From: an uncultured bacterium
Lineage (GTDB): Bacteria; Patescibacteriota; Minisyncoccia; Moranbacterales; GWC2-37-73
Direction: 5' to 3'
Length of the DNA: 64,000 nt
Assembly (NCBI GenBank): GCA_903837175.1
Contig: CAILTR010000055.1
Location: forward strand, 819 to 64,818
Part shown: positions 45,730 to 55,175 of the stretch, one piece after another
Numbering within the stretch: the first letter of the stretch is position 1
Layout: every line of letters begins with the position of its first letter
The notes under the pieces: generated by a model
What the model was told of the DNA's origin: nothing
Seen by the model: only the letters and a program-made list of their open reading frames with translations
Database searches by the model: none
Made by a program: the position numbers and the translations under genes

Positions 45730-47199
45730 TTATTTTTTCTTAAAACCTGGAATCATATTTTTAAATATCGCAAAATCTTCCTGAGTCAGTTCTTTTAGTA
45801 AATAAAGAATACTGAAATATACCAGGAACAAAAATGCACCGGAAAAAATGAATAGAATTTTCGTGCTAGGTAGGAGAAAGGAAAGAAAATAAATCATGAC
45901 TGCTGAAAATATTATTTTCAAAGCACTTGAAATTTTTAACTGGACGGAAAAGGTTTTTTTGAGAAAATAGAAAAGTGCCATGGTGACAAAGCTTGCTGTG
46001 ATGCTAGTTGCAATGCCTGCACCTATGAGACCGTAAGCCTTAACTAGGATGACGTTAAGTGTTGTATTCAATAGCATTCCAAAAAAGGCGATTTTTAGGG
46101 GTAATTTAACAAGACCGGCGCCTTGAAAAGCAAAACTCATGACGTAAAAAAGCGTCAGTAGACCCACACCAAAAGCCATGAATTGGAGAGCGTTAGCGCC
46201 ACCGGCATATTGCGCACCAAAAAAGAAAATCATAAGTGGTTGAGCATAGCTAATAATTAGGGCAATGGTTGGAATAAGCAAGATAGTCATCATGCGAAGG
46301 GCTATGCTGATTGCAGCAGTTGTTTTTTCTTTGTGTTCGTTGGCAGTTGAATGTGAAATAACAGGTAAAAGTACAATAGTGAGAGCATAGAAAAGATAAT
46401 TTGGAATTTGGGAAATAGTAAAAGCTCCGTTAAAAAGGCCAGTGGCATAATCATCACGCAGAATTGATTTTACCACAAAAAGATCAAGTGAAATCATGGT
46501 TTGGTATAAAACCAAAAAACCCGTTATCGGCAGAGCATAGGAAAGCAATTTCTTAATAGGGAAAGCTTCATTTCTGGTAGCTTTAACTGTCGGAAAGCGT
46601 TTGACATATATAAGCCGATCAATAACAAGTGCGATAAGAAATATAGCCAGCGATACATAGATGTAACCCGTGATGAAACCTTCTAGCGACAAAAAGTATC
46701 CTAGGCCCACAATTATAGCGACTCGCAGTACCGACCTTAATGATTTCAAAATAGACTGCATGTTAAATTGATGGATTCCGGTATAGTAGTAGAAATAAAA
46801 AGAATCGGCAGCGTAGCAGGGAATTATGAAAGCAGAAATTCTGAGTAACTTTTCTAGGGATGGATCATGTAGCATAATTGCGATGATGGGTGCTCCGAAA
46901 AAAAATACTGCAGTTACCGCGCCCATTAAAATTAATTGGGCAAGCGCTGCCTTTTTTTTAATGACAGAAATAAGTCCTGGTTTTTTAGTCAGGTCTGCAC
47001 TCAGGAATTTACTCATCGCAATTGGAATGCCATTGCCGATTAGGGAAGCAATTAAGATCGTCAGAGTGATAATAATGCCATAGACGCCGTAATCAGCCGG
47101 CCCAAGGATGCGTCCAGCGGCGCTGTGGACAATGAAGCCAGAAATATAAAAAAGAATTTCGGCTAGTCCTAACCAAAAAATGTATGCGGTTACGGCCAT
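45730..47199 (-). CDS. Wzx/MOP-family polysaccharide flippase
   Basis: GRILGPADYGVYG; many TMs; YGLIGAGIAT. Confidence 0.88.
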   Translation of the reverse strand: MAVTAYIFWLGLAEILFYISGFIVHSAAGRILGPADYGVYGIIITLTILIASLIGNGIPIAMSKFLSADLTKKPGLISVIKKKAALAQLILMGAVTAVFFFGAPIIAIMLHDPSLEKLLRISAFIIPCYAADSFYFYYYTGIHQFNMQSILKSLRSVLRVAIIVGLGYFLSLEGFITGYIYVSLAIFLIALVIDRLIYVKRFPTVKATRNEAFPIKKLLSYALPITGFLVLYQTMISLDLFVVKSILRDDYATGLFNGAFTISQIPNYLFYALTIVLLPVISHSTANEHKEKTTAAISIALRMMTILLIPTIALIISYAQPLMIFFFGAQYAGGANALQFMAFGVGLLTLFYVMSFAFQGAGLVKLPLKIAFFGMLLNTTLNVILVKAYGLIGAGIATSITASFVTMALFYFLKKTFSVQLKISSALKIIFSAVMIYFLSFLLPSTKILFIFSGAFLFLVYFSILYLLKELTQEDFAIFKNMIPGFKKK

Positions 47200-47287
47200 A
47201 GGGTTAAGTTAAGATGGGTCTTGCGCGGATTATATTTAGAGGTAACCTCTAGCTAGAACTATTTATTGTGCATGACCCAAATATTTT

Positions 47288-47662
47288 TTATAAATTTTTA
47301 TAAATTTCTTTAGAACTTTTCGGGGTTGAAATTTTTAGATTAATCTTTTTTCCAGCGATATCCTGGAGAGCCTTAACTGTGATTTTCTTTTTCTCTCCTA
47401 AGCCAGCCGTGGTATCTCCTTGGGAAAGGGGATTTTTATCGACTGAAATTTCCCAATGAAAATTCTTTTCGCTACTATGATTTTCAATGATAAAGGAAAG
47501 GTCATTTGTTCGCGGGTCAGCAAAATAAATACTCCACCAGGACTTACCGTAGTTATAATCTTGCTGTTGCTGCTGCGTATAAGCTAAATAGAAAAGACAG
47601 CCTAAAAAGAAAAGGGCAAGCGCGAGGATAACTTTTTTAGCGTAGGTCATGGATGTTTGCAT
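47288..47662 (-). CDS. Hypothetical membrane-anchored protein
   Basis: Abuts the upstream gene; N-terminal TM. Confidence 0.7.
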   Translation of the reverse strand: MQTSMTYAKKVILALALFFLGCLFYLAYTQQQQQDYNYGKSWWSIYFADPRTNDLSFIIENHSSEKNFHWEISVDKNPLSQGDTTAGLGEKKKITVKALQDIAGKKINLKISTPKSSKEIYKNL

Positions 47663-49633
47663 TTATTTGCGGAGATAAATATTTATTTCATCGTTAGCGT
47701 AAATTTGCCAAAAGGCGGAATTTTTTTGAAATTGAACGGCGTCATTTTTACTGTTAACCATTACAAAATTAACGTTAAGGTCGGTAAAACATTTCTGACT
47801 ATCGGGAGCGCTAGGGTTAGAAAGCATATTGAGCGTGCATTTTTCGTTGCGGTCGATCCCGTTCTCATAACGCTCAAGGTTGGCTCGGTAAAGTGGAAAA
47901 TTATAATCCTGCATTAGAAAAACCTTAGTCCAGGCATCAGCTTTAATGTAAATATGGTCACTTTCAACTTGGTCGCCAGGGGCAAGCTTACTGGCTAGAA
48001 ACTGTGAAGCGTTAAAAGTTTGATTAATAACTTTAGGGGCAGTGGTTTGGGTAAGATTTGCAACATTATCAAAAAAACCAGCGGTAAGTAAATACGCTAC
48101 GGTTAGACTAAGCGTATAAAAGAAAAGGGGAGCCTTAATGAATAGCTGGTGTTTTTCGTGTTTATTTGTTTGAAAAAATAAAGCAACTAAGCAGAAAGAA
48201 GCTGTGATTGAAAAAGGATAAGTCCCATAATTGGCTACGCGCGCCGAAGGGATCCCAATCTTAATCAATTGCGGAAAGAGTGAAATGATTGTGATAATAC
48301 CAATCCAACCGGCTAGGATAAAAAGCTGGAAGGGTAATTGCTCGTAAGTAAAGTTATTTTTTCGACTTCGAGTTTTTTTAATTAATAAGTAGCCGAGGAT
48401 TAAAATTCCAACGACAGCTAGGGCTAACCTAGGTTCGCCAAGAGCGTCTTTGAACTGAGTTAAGGTTAGGCCAGTGTGTTCTATTTTCTTCGGAGCTCCC
48501 ACGACGGTTTTAATTGCTTGGTTTGTAATATAGGTAGGAGTGTAGACGGTAAACGCAAAGATCAACATGAGTAGCAGGGAACCCATGACGGGCAAAGAGA
48601 AAAGCATTTTTGACCAAATTTTAAGGAGCACTAGTGCATTTTTAAAATTAAAAATTAAAACCAATAAAATGCTAAGTAAAAGTGAAAGGGTAAATAAAAA
48701 AGCGGTTAAGTGATGCGTATAAAAAAGATTCATTGTCGAAACTAACGCTAGTACCAGTAGGACCTTATTTTTTTCGCGCACCGCTCGTAAGAAAAAATAA
48801 AGCGCTAGCGGTAAAAGTAAATTTCCAATAATGTTGCCGACCACCCCACCACTGATGAATTTAGCTTGCGGTGGCGTAATCGCAAAAAGTGGCCCAAGTA
48901 AAAAGAGGGTAAAAATAGCGATCGTTACTCTCTCTTTATTTTTTTCAAAAAGACGCAGGGTCAAAATAAAAATTGCTAGCAGGGAAAAAATGTTAATGAT
49001 GAAAAGCACCAGCGCTGGAAAATAGGAAATGACGCTCAGCCCTGAAATTAGCGCAACAGCTGCAAAAATTAAATGTTCGCCAATAATAAAGTCGCTAATG
49101 TTTTGAGGTTCGCTGATGGTATAAGTTGCGCCGCTGGTGAGGATATTTTTTTGTTGATAATTAGGAATTTCGCCTTTTTGGACAATTAGATTTGTCCAAT
49201 ACATATGATGCCCTAAGTCTGTGGCGGAAGGTAAGATGGAGTCTTTCAGGTAAAGCGTCCGAAAGAAGATAGCGAGGCCCAAGATAAGGCAAGTCAGGAG
49301 AATTTGTTTTTTTGAAAAAATTAGACTATCCGTGCCTGGGTAGTTAGGTTTTTTTTGAAAGAAGATTTTTTCCAATAAAAAACAAAGTAAAGAAAAAAAG
49401 CCTATTGTCAGTAAAAGGCTCCAACGCGTGAGGCTAATTTGCAAAGCTCCTAGAATTAGCATTAAGGAATTTGAAACAAAGATACTGAAACCAACCGAAA
49501 GCACCGTTTCTTCTAATTTTGTAAAAAAGCCAAATTTAGCGTTAAGCATTCTAGTTAAAAAATAACCTGGCCAAAAAAGCACTACGAGGAGTGAAAAGTA
49601 AAAAGCAAATTGGGAAAAAATAAAACTAAACAT
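47663..49633 (-). CDS. Polytopic membrane protein, probable GT-C fold
   Basis: WPGY, TDLGHH loop and YTHHLT motifs; many TMs. Confidence 0.7.
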   Translation of the reverse strand: MFSFIFSQFAFYFSLLVVLFWPGYFLTRMLNAKFGFFTKLEETVLSVGFSIFVSNSLMLILGALQISLTRWSLLLTIGFFSLLCFLLEKIFFQKKPNYPGTDSLIFSKKQILLTCLILGLAIFFRTLYLKDSILPSATDLGHHMYWTNLIVQKGEIPNYQQKNILTSGATYTISEPQNISDFIIGEHLIFAAVALISGLSVISYFPALVLFIINIFSLLAIFILTLRLFEKNKERVTIAIFTLFLLGPLFAITPPQAKFISGGVVGNIIGNLLLPLALYFFLRAVREKNKVLLVLALVSTMNLFYTHHLTAFLFTLSLLLSILLVLIFNFKNALVLLKIWSKMLFSLPVMGSLLLMLIFAFTVYTPTYITNQAIKTVVGAPKKIEHTGLTLTQFKDALGEPRLALAVVGILILGYLLIKKTRSRKNNFTYEQLPFQLFILAGWIGIITIISLFPQLIKIGIPSARVANYGTYPFSITASFCLVALFFQTNKHEKHQLFIKAPLFFYTLSLTVAYLLTAGFFDNVANLTQTTAPKVINQTFNASQFLASKLAPGDQVESDHIYIKADAWTKVFLMQDYNFPLYRANLERYENGIDRNEKCTLNMLSNPSAPDSQKCFTDLNVNFVMVNSKNDAVQFQKNSAFWQIYANDEINIYLRK

Positions 49634-49645
49634 GCTGGTAGTGAG

Positions 49646-50764
49646 TTACTGATTACTGATTACTTTCTCTATTTCAGTTAGATATTGTTTGGCGATATTC
49701 TGCCACTGATAATTTTCAAGTATGTAATCTCTGACCGCTTGGCCATAAATTTCTCGTGGACTTTCATTGGTAAAAAGCTCAGTGATTTTTAGTAGATATG
49801 CCCCAGCATTTTCTGGCTCAACCAAAAAGCCATTTTTTCCATCTTTGATGGCATCTTTGAGACCTTCAAGATTTGAAGCCAAAACTGGCAAGCGACAAGC
49901 CCCAGCCTCAATCACGGAAATCCCAAAACCCTCCATGTCGCCAGCAATTTTAATGTTAGGTTGAATAAAAAGATCGCAAGTTGCCCAAAGCTGGTTGCGG
50001 ACGTCGTCGCTTACATATCCGAGCGCTAAAACTCTGGTGCTTAAGTTTTTTTCTGCAATTGCGCTGGTTACATTTTCTTTATCTTTACCATCGCCTGCAA
50101 TGACGTAGATATATTCCGCAGGTAGCAATGGCATCACGTTGTGAATAAACCAAGCTGCACCCTTGTGCTTGGCAAGTCGGCCAGAAGTTAATAAGATTTT
50201 TTTGCCTTCGACTGAAATTCCTAGAGTTTTTTCTAAATCAAGTTTGGAGGCTTTAAGTAAATTTTTCTCAGTGTCGACACCATTGGGAATGAAAACAATT
50301 TTTTCGATCGGAATGCCTTTTTCGATCGCAACTTTTATGGTTTCATTGCCAACGGCGATAAACTTGTCAAATTTTGGTAGAAAAACTTTAGTCCAAAGTG
50401 TTTGATAAATGAGAATTAAGCCTTTTTCATACCAAACCCCCAATGAGGCTGAATTCCAATTAATATCCAACCCATGGATAACGCAAAGGACTGGTTTCTT
50501 GCTAAATAGTTTTACCACCCATCCATTGATAGCTATTACGCCACTCCCTAAAAGCACCACATCATTTTTAGGCAGCAGCCAGAGTGTTTTTATGAGAGCG
50601 TAGGGCGCGAAAAATGGTAGAAACCAACGTCCACGCGTATTGGCAATAGTGGTAACTTCGGCTAATTGGCCGAGCCATTTTGAAAGTTCAAAATTATGGC
50701 TCTCGACTCCGCCAACAGTTGGGGGATAAGCATGCGAAATGAAGATGATTTTAAGCTTTTGCAT
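49646..50764 (-). CDS. Glycosyltransferase family 4
   Basis: YPPTVGG; EGFGISVIEAG. Confidence 0.92.
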   Translation of the reverse strand: MQKLKIIFISHAYPPTVGGVESHNFELSKWLGQLAEVTTIANTRGRWFLPFFAPYALIKTLWLLPKNDVVLLGSGVIAINGWVVKLFSKKPVLCVIHGLDINWNSASLGVWYEKGLILIYQTLWTKVFLPKFDKFIAVGNETIKVAIEKGIPIEKIVFIPNGVDTEKNLLKASKLDLEKTLGISVEGKKILLTSGRLAKHKGAAWFIHNVMPLLPAEYIYVIAGDGKDKENVTSAIAEKNLSTRVLALGYVSDDVRNQLWATCDLFIQPNIKIAGDMEGFGISVIEAGACRLPVLASNLEGLKDAIKDGKNGFLVEPENAGAYLLKITELFTNESPREIYGQAVRDYILENYQWQNIAKQYLTEIEKVISNQ

Positions 50765-50803
50765 ATAAATAAATTATAGCTTAAAGGGGGATTAATTTCA
50801 AGC

Positions 50804-50833
50804 AAAAAAGATGCTTTATGACTAGCATCTTTT
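50804..50833 (-). terminator. Terminator-like hairpin
   Basis: AAAAAGATGCT...AGCATCTTTTT. Confidence 0.55.
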
Positions 50834-50902
50834 TAAGCTTATATTGTGGTAATCTTTTTAGGGTTGTATGTGATATACGGGTCTAGCTAAAAGTCACCTT
50901 TG

Positions 50903-51017
50903 AATTTTTACGAGCTTGTTTACTTTTTAGGCCATGCGAACGAGAGAGAGCTAAGCGTTTGACCATTGTTTTTGGTCAAACGCGGGCTCTAAAAAGTAAA
51001 CAAGCGAAGTAAAAATT
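50903..51017. repeat. Long branched hairpin element
   Basis: GCTTGTTTACTTTTTAG / CTAAAAAGTAAACAAGC outer IR; GCGTTTGACCA / TGGTCAAACGC inner IR. Confidence 0.75.
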
Positions 51018-51064
51018 TCTGACTTAGTTTCTGAAAACCATAATTTACTTATAGCCCACTCTTT

Positions 51065-52045
51065 TTATTTTTTGTATTTTTCCGTTTTCAATAGGTACAT
51101 TTGTTCTTCGGTTAAATTGCGGTTTGATTTAATCATATCAGCAATTAAGGCGAAAACTAAAAATTGAATTCCAACAAGCAGTAGGGTGATGCCGACCAAG
51201 AGATAATTTCGATGAGCCGTAATTTTAAAATCTTGGAAATATAAAGAAGCAAAATAAGCAAAAAAACCAAGCGAAACAAGAATTAAAAATAAGGCTGGAC
51301 CGCCAAAGAACTTCATTGGTCGTACGTCACGAACGGCTTTGATGATAATTTTAAAACCATTATTAACAAATTTGAAAATAGATTTAGTAATTTTCGCTTT
51401 GCGGTCAGCAAAATAGGTGACTTGAATTGGGACCCACTTAAGTTTTAAATTTTTTCCAATCGCGTCAATAATAGTTTCTTGGGTATAAGTAAAATTAACG
51501 TTAGTTAAATTAAAGCGCAGTAACGTCTCTCGATTATGAGCGCGAAAACCGCAAGTCAGGTCTTCAGTCTTATAATTTAAAAAGAAGCCAACCACGGAGG
51601 CTGCAAAACGGTTTAAAAAGCTTTTAATCCAAGGAATATTCTTAGCTTCTAAATGACTAAAGCGATTAGCGATAACCATGTCATAATTGCCTTCTAAAAT
51701 TGGGGTTAGTAGTTTTGGAATATCGTTAGGATTAAATTGGCCATCAGCATCAATGTTTACCATGATATCAGCTCCGTTTTCTAAGGAACTTTCGACCGCA
51801 CGCTTGAAAGAATAGGCGAGTTTGCGGTTTGGTTTGTAGGAGACGATGATATCAGCGCCAGCTTCTTTGGCTATTTCAGCAGTTTTATCAGTTGAGCCAT
51901 CGTCAACAACTTGAATAAGCTTTTCCTTTATTACGCTGCCTGCTTTTAAATAAAAGTCTAACTGAAAACTTTCCTTAATTTTTTTAATTGTGGCTCCGAT
52001 GTCCTTTTCTTCGTTATAGGCTGGAATATTGACGATTAGTTTCAT
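51065..52045 (-). CDS. Glycosyltransferase family 2 with C-terminal TMs
   Basis: IPAYNEE, DDGSTD, DADGQF and DLTCGFRA motifs. Confidence 0.92.
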   Translation of the reverse strand: MKLIVNIPAYNEEKDIGATIKKIKESFQLDFYLKAGSVIKEKLIQVVDDGSTDKTAEIAKEAGADIIVSYKPNRKLAYSFKRAVESSLENGADIMVNIDADGQFNPNDIPKLLTPILEGNYDMVIANRFSHLEAKNIPWIKSFLNRFAASVVGFFLNYKTEDLTCGFRAHNRETLLRFNLTNVNFTYTQETIIDAIGKNLKLKWVPIQVTYFADRKAKITKSIFKFVNNGFKIIIKAVRDVRPMKFFGGPALFLILVSLGFFAYFASLYFQDFKITAHRNYLLVGITLLLVGIQFLVFALIADMIKSNRNLTEEQMYLLKTEKYKK

Positions 52046-52047
52046 AG

Positions 52048-52278
52048 CTATTTCTTTTTAAGAATTAACTCAGGGTTGACACACTGTAAATCACACTTTG
52101 CGTTCTTAGCGCCGTTTTCAAGCATCTTTTTTGAGCAATCGCTAAGGGTTTGTTGACAACGGCTGGTGCTTTTATCAAAATAATTTAAATTTACCTCATA
52201 GCCAAAAAGGGGAAGAGCTAGATAAATAATTACCGTGATACCGGCAACCCAGACGATAAATTTTAAGAAATGAAACAT
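52048..52278 (-). CDS. Small membrane protein with four Cys
   Basis: Start reassigned to MFHFLKF; TM followed by C..C..C..C. Confidence 0.65.
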   Translation of the reverse strand: MFHFLKFIVWVAGITVIIYLALPLFGYEVNLNYFDKSTSRCQQTLSDCSKKMLENGAKNAKCDLQCVNPELILKKK

Positions 52279-52399
52279 AAAAAATGAAAAATGCAAATCT
52301 CAAAATGGAAAATTTCGGAATCGCTATATAATATTTTAAAAATATGAGCGAAGCGAATATTAAAATTTTGATTTTTGATTTTTAAATTTTGATTTATTA
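52279..52399. repeat. Empty inverted 7-nt repeat element (same family as 13021 and 14409), in opposite orientation
   Basis: 52295-52313 is the exact reverse complement of 14855-14873; the other arm is attttgatttttgatttttaaattttgattt. Confidence 0.85.
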
Positions 52400-53681
52400 T
52401 TATCTCCCTATTCCCTTATAAATTATGCCATTTTTTTTCAAGCTCTATTTTGTCTAAACAGTTTTTACCGTCAATGATAATTTGGATGTTATGTTCTTTG
52501 AAGAGGCTTGGCGCAAGCGCTTTAAATTCGTTGTGATCAGTTGCAATAATAAGGGCGGTGGATTTTTCCAAAATAGCTTCCAAAGATTCTTCCGTTGAAT
52601 AGCTCGGGGTATGCGGATCAAAAGTGAGAACCTCGGCCCCGTGTTTTTCGAGATGCTTAATAATCTGCATTGAAGGCGATTCGCGCAAATCAGCCACATT
52701 GGCTTTGTAGGAAATTCCCAGAAGCCCTACAGCAGTTCCATTTAAAGGTAACTTTATAGTATTTAGGGCGTCTTGCAACAATTCAACGGTATATTCTGGC
52801 ATCGAATTATTAATTTTGCGAGCAATCTTTAAAAATTCATGATCAAAACCGGAAGCCTTTGCGCGTTCGATTAAGTAATAAGGGTCAACTGGAATGCAAT
52901 GTCCACCAACTCCGCAACTTGGCCAATGAGGCATAAAAGCGTAAGGCTTGGTTGATGCTCCCTTGATTACGTTAACAATATTAATACCTAGTCGGTCGAA
53001 AGATTTAGCCAGCTCATTAACAAAGGCAATGTTAACATCTCGAAAAGAGTTTTCCATAATTTTAACCGCCTCAGCTTCCCGAATCGTTTCCATTGGCATG
53101 ATGCTAGCCTCAATGATATCTTCATAAAATTCCAACGCTAGCGCTAGGCCCGCCTTCGTAAAAGAGCCAACGACGCGGGGGATATTAGTGACGTTCCATT
53201 TTGGATCGCCGGGATTGATGCGTTCTGGCGAATGGGCAAGCTCATAATCCTTGCCAACAACGAATCCAGCTTTAGCAAAAATCGGCTCAACAATTTCTTC
53301 GCAAACTCCAGGATTAATAGTAGATTCAACGACGACTAATTGGCCAGGTTTTAGATTGGCGACAATGGTGGCGATCGCTGTTTTTACGGGTTCAAGATCT
53401 GGAAAGAAATTTTCATCAACCGGCGTTGGAACGCAGACAAGGACGATATCCGCCTTTGAAATGATGGCGGGGTCGTTGGTGGCGACTATTTTTACTTTAG
53501 GTAAATTTGTTTCTAAGAATTCTTCTTTAATGGGACTCTTGCCAGCGTTGATAAGTTCATTTTTCTTAGTATCATTTTCAAGGCCATAAACAGTGTAACC
53601 TTTTAGGGCGCTTTGTACTGCTAAGGGTAAGCCCACATAACCTAATCCAATAATGCAAATAGATTTTTTTGATTTTTCCAT
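52400..53681 (-). CDS. UDP-N-acetylhexosamine dehydrogenase (WbpA/TviB/WecC-like) with a +1 homopolymer frameshift near the C-terminus
   Basis: GLGYVGLP, VESTINPG, SPERINPG and GVGGHCIPVDP motifs. The ORF stops at 52416; removing one base of the T8 run (52431-52438) restores ...KNGIIYKGIGR* ending at 52400. Confidence 0.9.
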
Positions 53682-53854
53682 GATAGTTTAGTTAAGATTA
53701 ACTCCTATTTATCTTAGAACAATTGCTCAAATTGTACAAGCACGCCAGGCTCAATTTTTTAGCTAGGCTTTTTAATTTGGACAATTTCTTGTATACTATC
53801 TATAGAGAGGGAGGCAATAAAATATTTAATTTAATTCAAAATTACTTCTAAATT

Positions 53855-55069
53855 ATGCGTATTGGCATTAACGCTTCGTTTCTGCGGAAACAGGGCACTG
53901 GGCTAGGGCAAGTCACGGCTAATTTTTTAAAGGAATTAGTGGAACTTGAAAGCATGCAGGTTGATTTAGCCGTAGCTAAAATAAAAAATCAGGAAATTAA
54001 GGAAATCGAAGTCATCCTATATCTCGAAGAAGATGTAAAATTAAAATTGCCAAAGAAGACTGCTTTGTCGGCAGTTAAATTCAGTAAGCAAGTTTTCCTG
54101 CCAGCTTATAAGCGGGATGATTTAATTCGTAAAATTTGGTGGGAAAAATTTTTATTGCCGCAGAAGGTTAAGCAAGATAAATGCGACATTTTTTTAAGTC
54201 TTTATCAATCAACCACAATTTTAACTGGAGAGACAAAACATTTAATGGTGGTACATGATCTGATTCCGAAGTTTTTTCCAAATTATCTTAATAATTGGCG
54301 TAAGAAAATTTATCAAAACTTAGTTGAAAAAGCAATTAAAAAAGTTGATAAGCTGATTGCTATTTCGCATCGAACCGAAAAGGACCTTATTACTCAGCTC
54401 CAAATCGATCCTAAAAAAATTACCGTTTCATATATTGATGTGGATCCGATTTATAAGCAGCAGTTTAGCTCGGCGCAACTCCAAAAAGTGCTAAAAAAAT
54501 ATAAGCTTGAGCCAGGCTATCTTTATAGTGGGGGAGGCTTGGAAGTACGAAAAAATGTGGAGAGTGTTTTGCGCGCGTATAAGTTATTATTAGCCAATGT
54601 AGCCGGCGCTGAAAAAATTCCAAAGTTAGTTATTTTCGGTAAACTACTTCCGCAGCTTGCACCCCTAGTGACAGATGTGGAAAAACTTATTGGCGAACTT
54701 GGCTTAGCAAGGCAGGTTGTTTTGCTTAATCAGGTTCCGCAGGCTGACTTGCCAGCGCTTTACGCTAGCGCGCTGGTTTTCATCTACCCTTCTTTTTATG
54801 AGGGTTTTGGCCTTCCGATTTTGGAGGCAATGAATCAAGGTACGCCGGTAATTACTTCAAAAACTTCTTCGCTCCCAGAGGTTGGCAGAGACAGCGTGCT
54901 TTATTGTGATCCGAAGGACGTGGAGGATTTAGCAATGGTGTTGAAAAATGTTTTAGCTAATAATCATCTTAAAATCGCACTTTCGCTAAAGGGCCGAGAA
55001 CGAGCAGCTTATTTTTCGTGGGAGAAGTTTGTCAGAAAGTTTTTAAATATTGTCGGAGAAATGAAATAA
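53855..55069 (+). CDS. Glycosyltransferase family 4 (MtfB-like)
   Basis: MRIGINA, VHDLIP and YPSFYEGFGLPILEAM motifs. Confidence 0.92.
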   Translation: MRIGINASFLRKQGTGLGQVTANFLKELVELESMQVDLAVAKIKNQEIKEIEVILYLEEDVKLKLPKKTALSAVKFSKQVFLPAYKRDDLIRKIWWEKFLLPQKVKQDKCDIFLSLYQSTTILTGETKHLMVVHDLIPKFFPNYLNNWRKKIYQNLVEKAIKKVDKLIAISHRTEKDLITQLQIDPKKITVSYIDVDPIYKQQFSSAQLQKVLKKYKLEPGYLYSGGGLEVRKNVESVLRAYKLLLANVAGAEKIPKLVIFGKLLPQLAPLVTDVEKLIGELGLARQVVLLNQVPQADLPALYASALVFIYPSFYEGFGLPILEAMNQGTPVITSKTSSLPEVGRDSVLYCDPKDVEDLAMVLKNVLANNHLKIALSLKGRERAAYFSWEKFVRKFLNIVGEMK

Positions 55070-55075
55070 GAAAAT

Positions 55076-55165
55076 TGTTATTGCGATCCGCCCAGGGCGG
55101 AGTGGAAAATAGTGAGCAGGGCAACGCCCTGGATTGCTTCGGGTGATTACACCCTCGCAAAGACA
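55076..55165. repeat. TGTTATTGCGA...TCGCAAAGACA palindromic element with nested TCCGCC/GGCGGA hairpin
   Basis: Terminal IR; internal ggattgcttcg...cctcgcaa; tccgcccagggcgga. Confidence 0.65.
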
Positions 55166-55175
55166 GATTAAAAAA

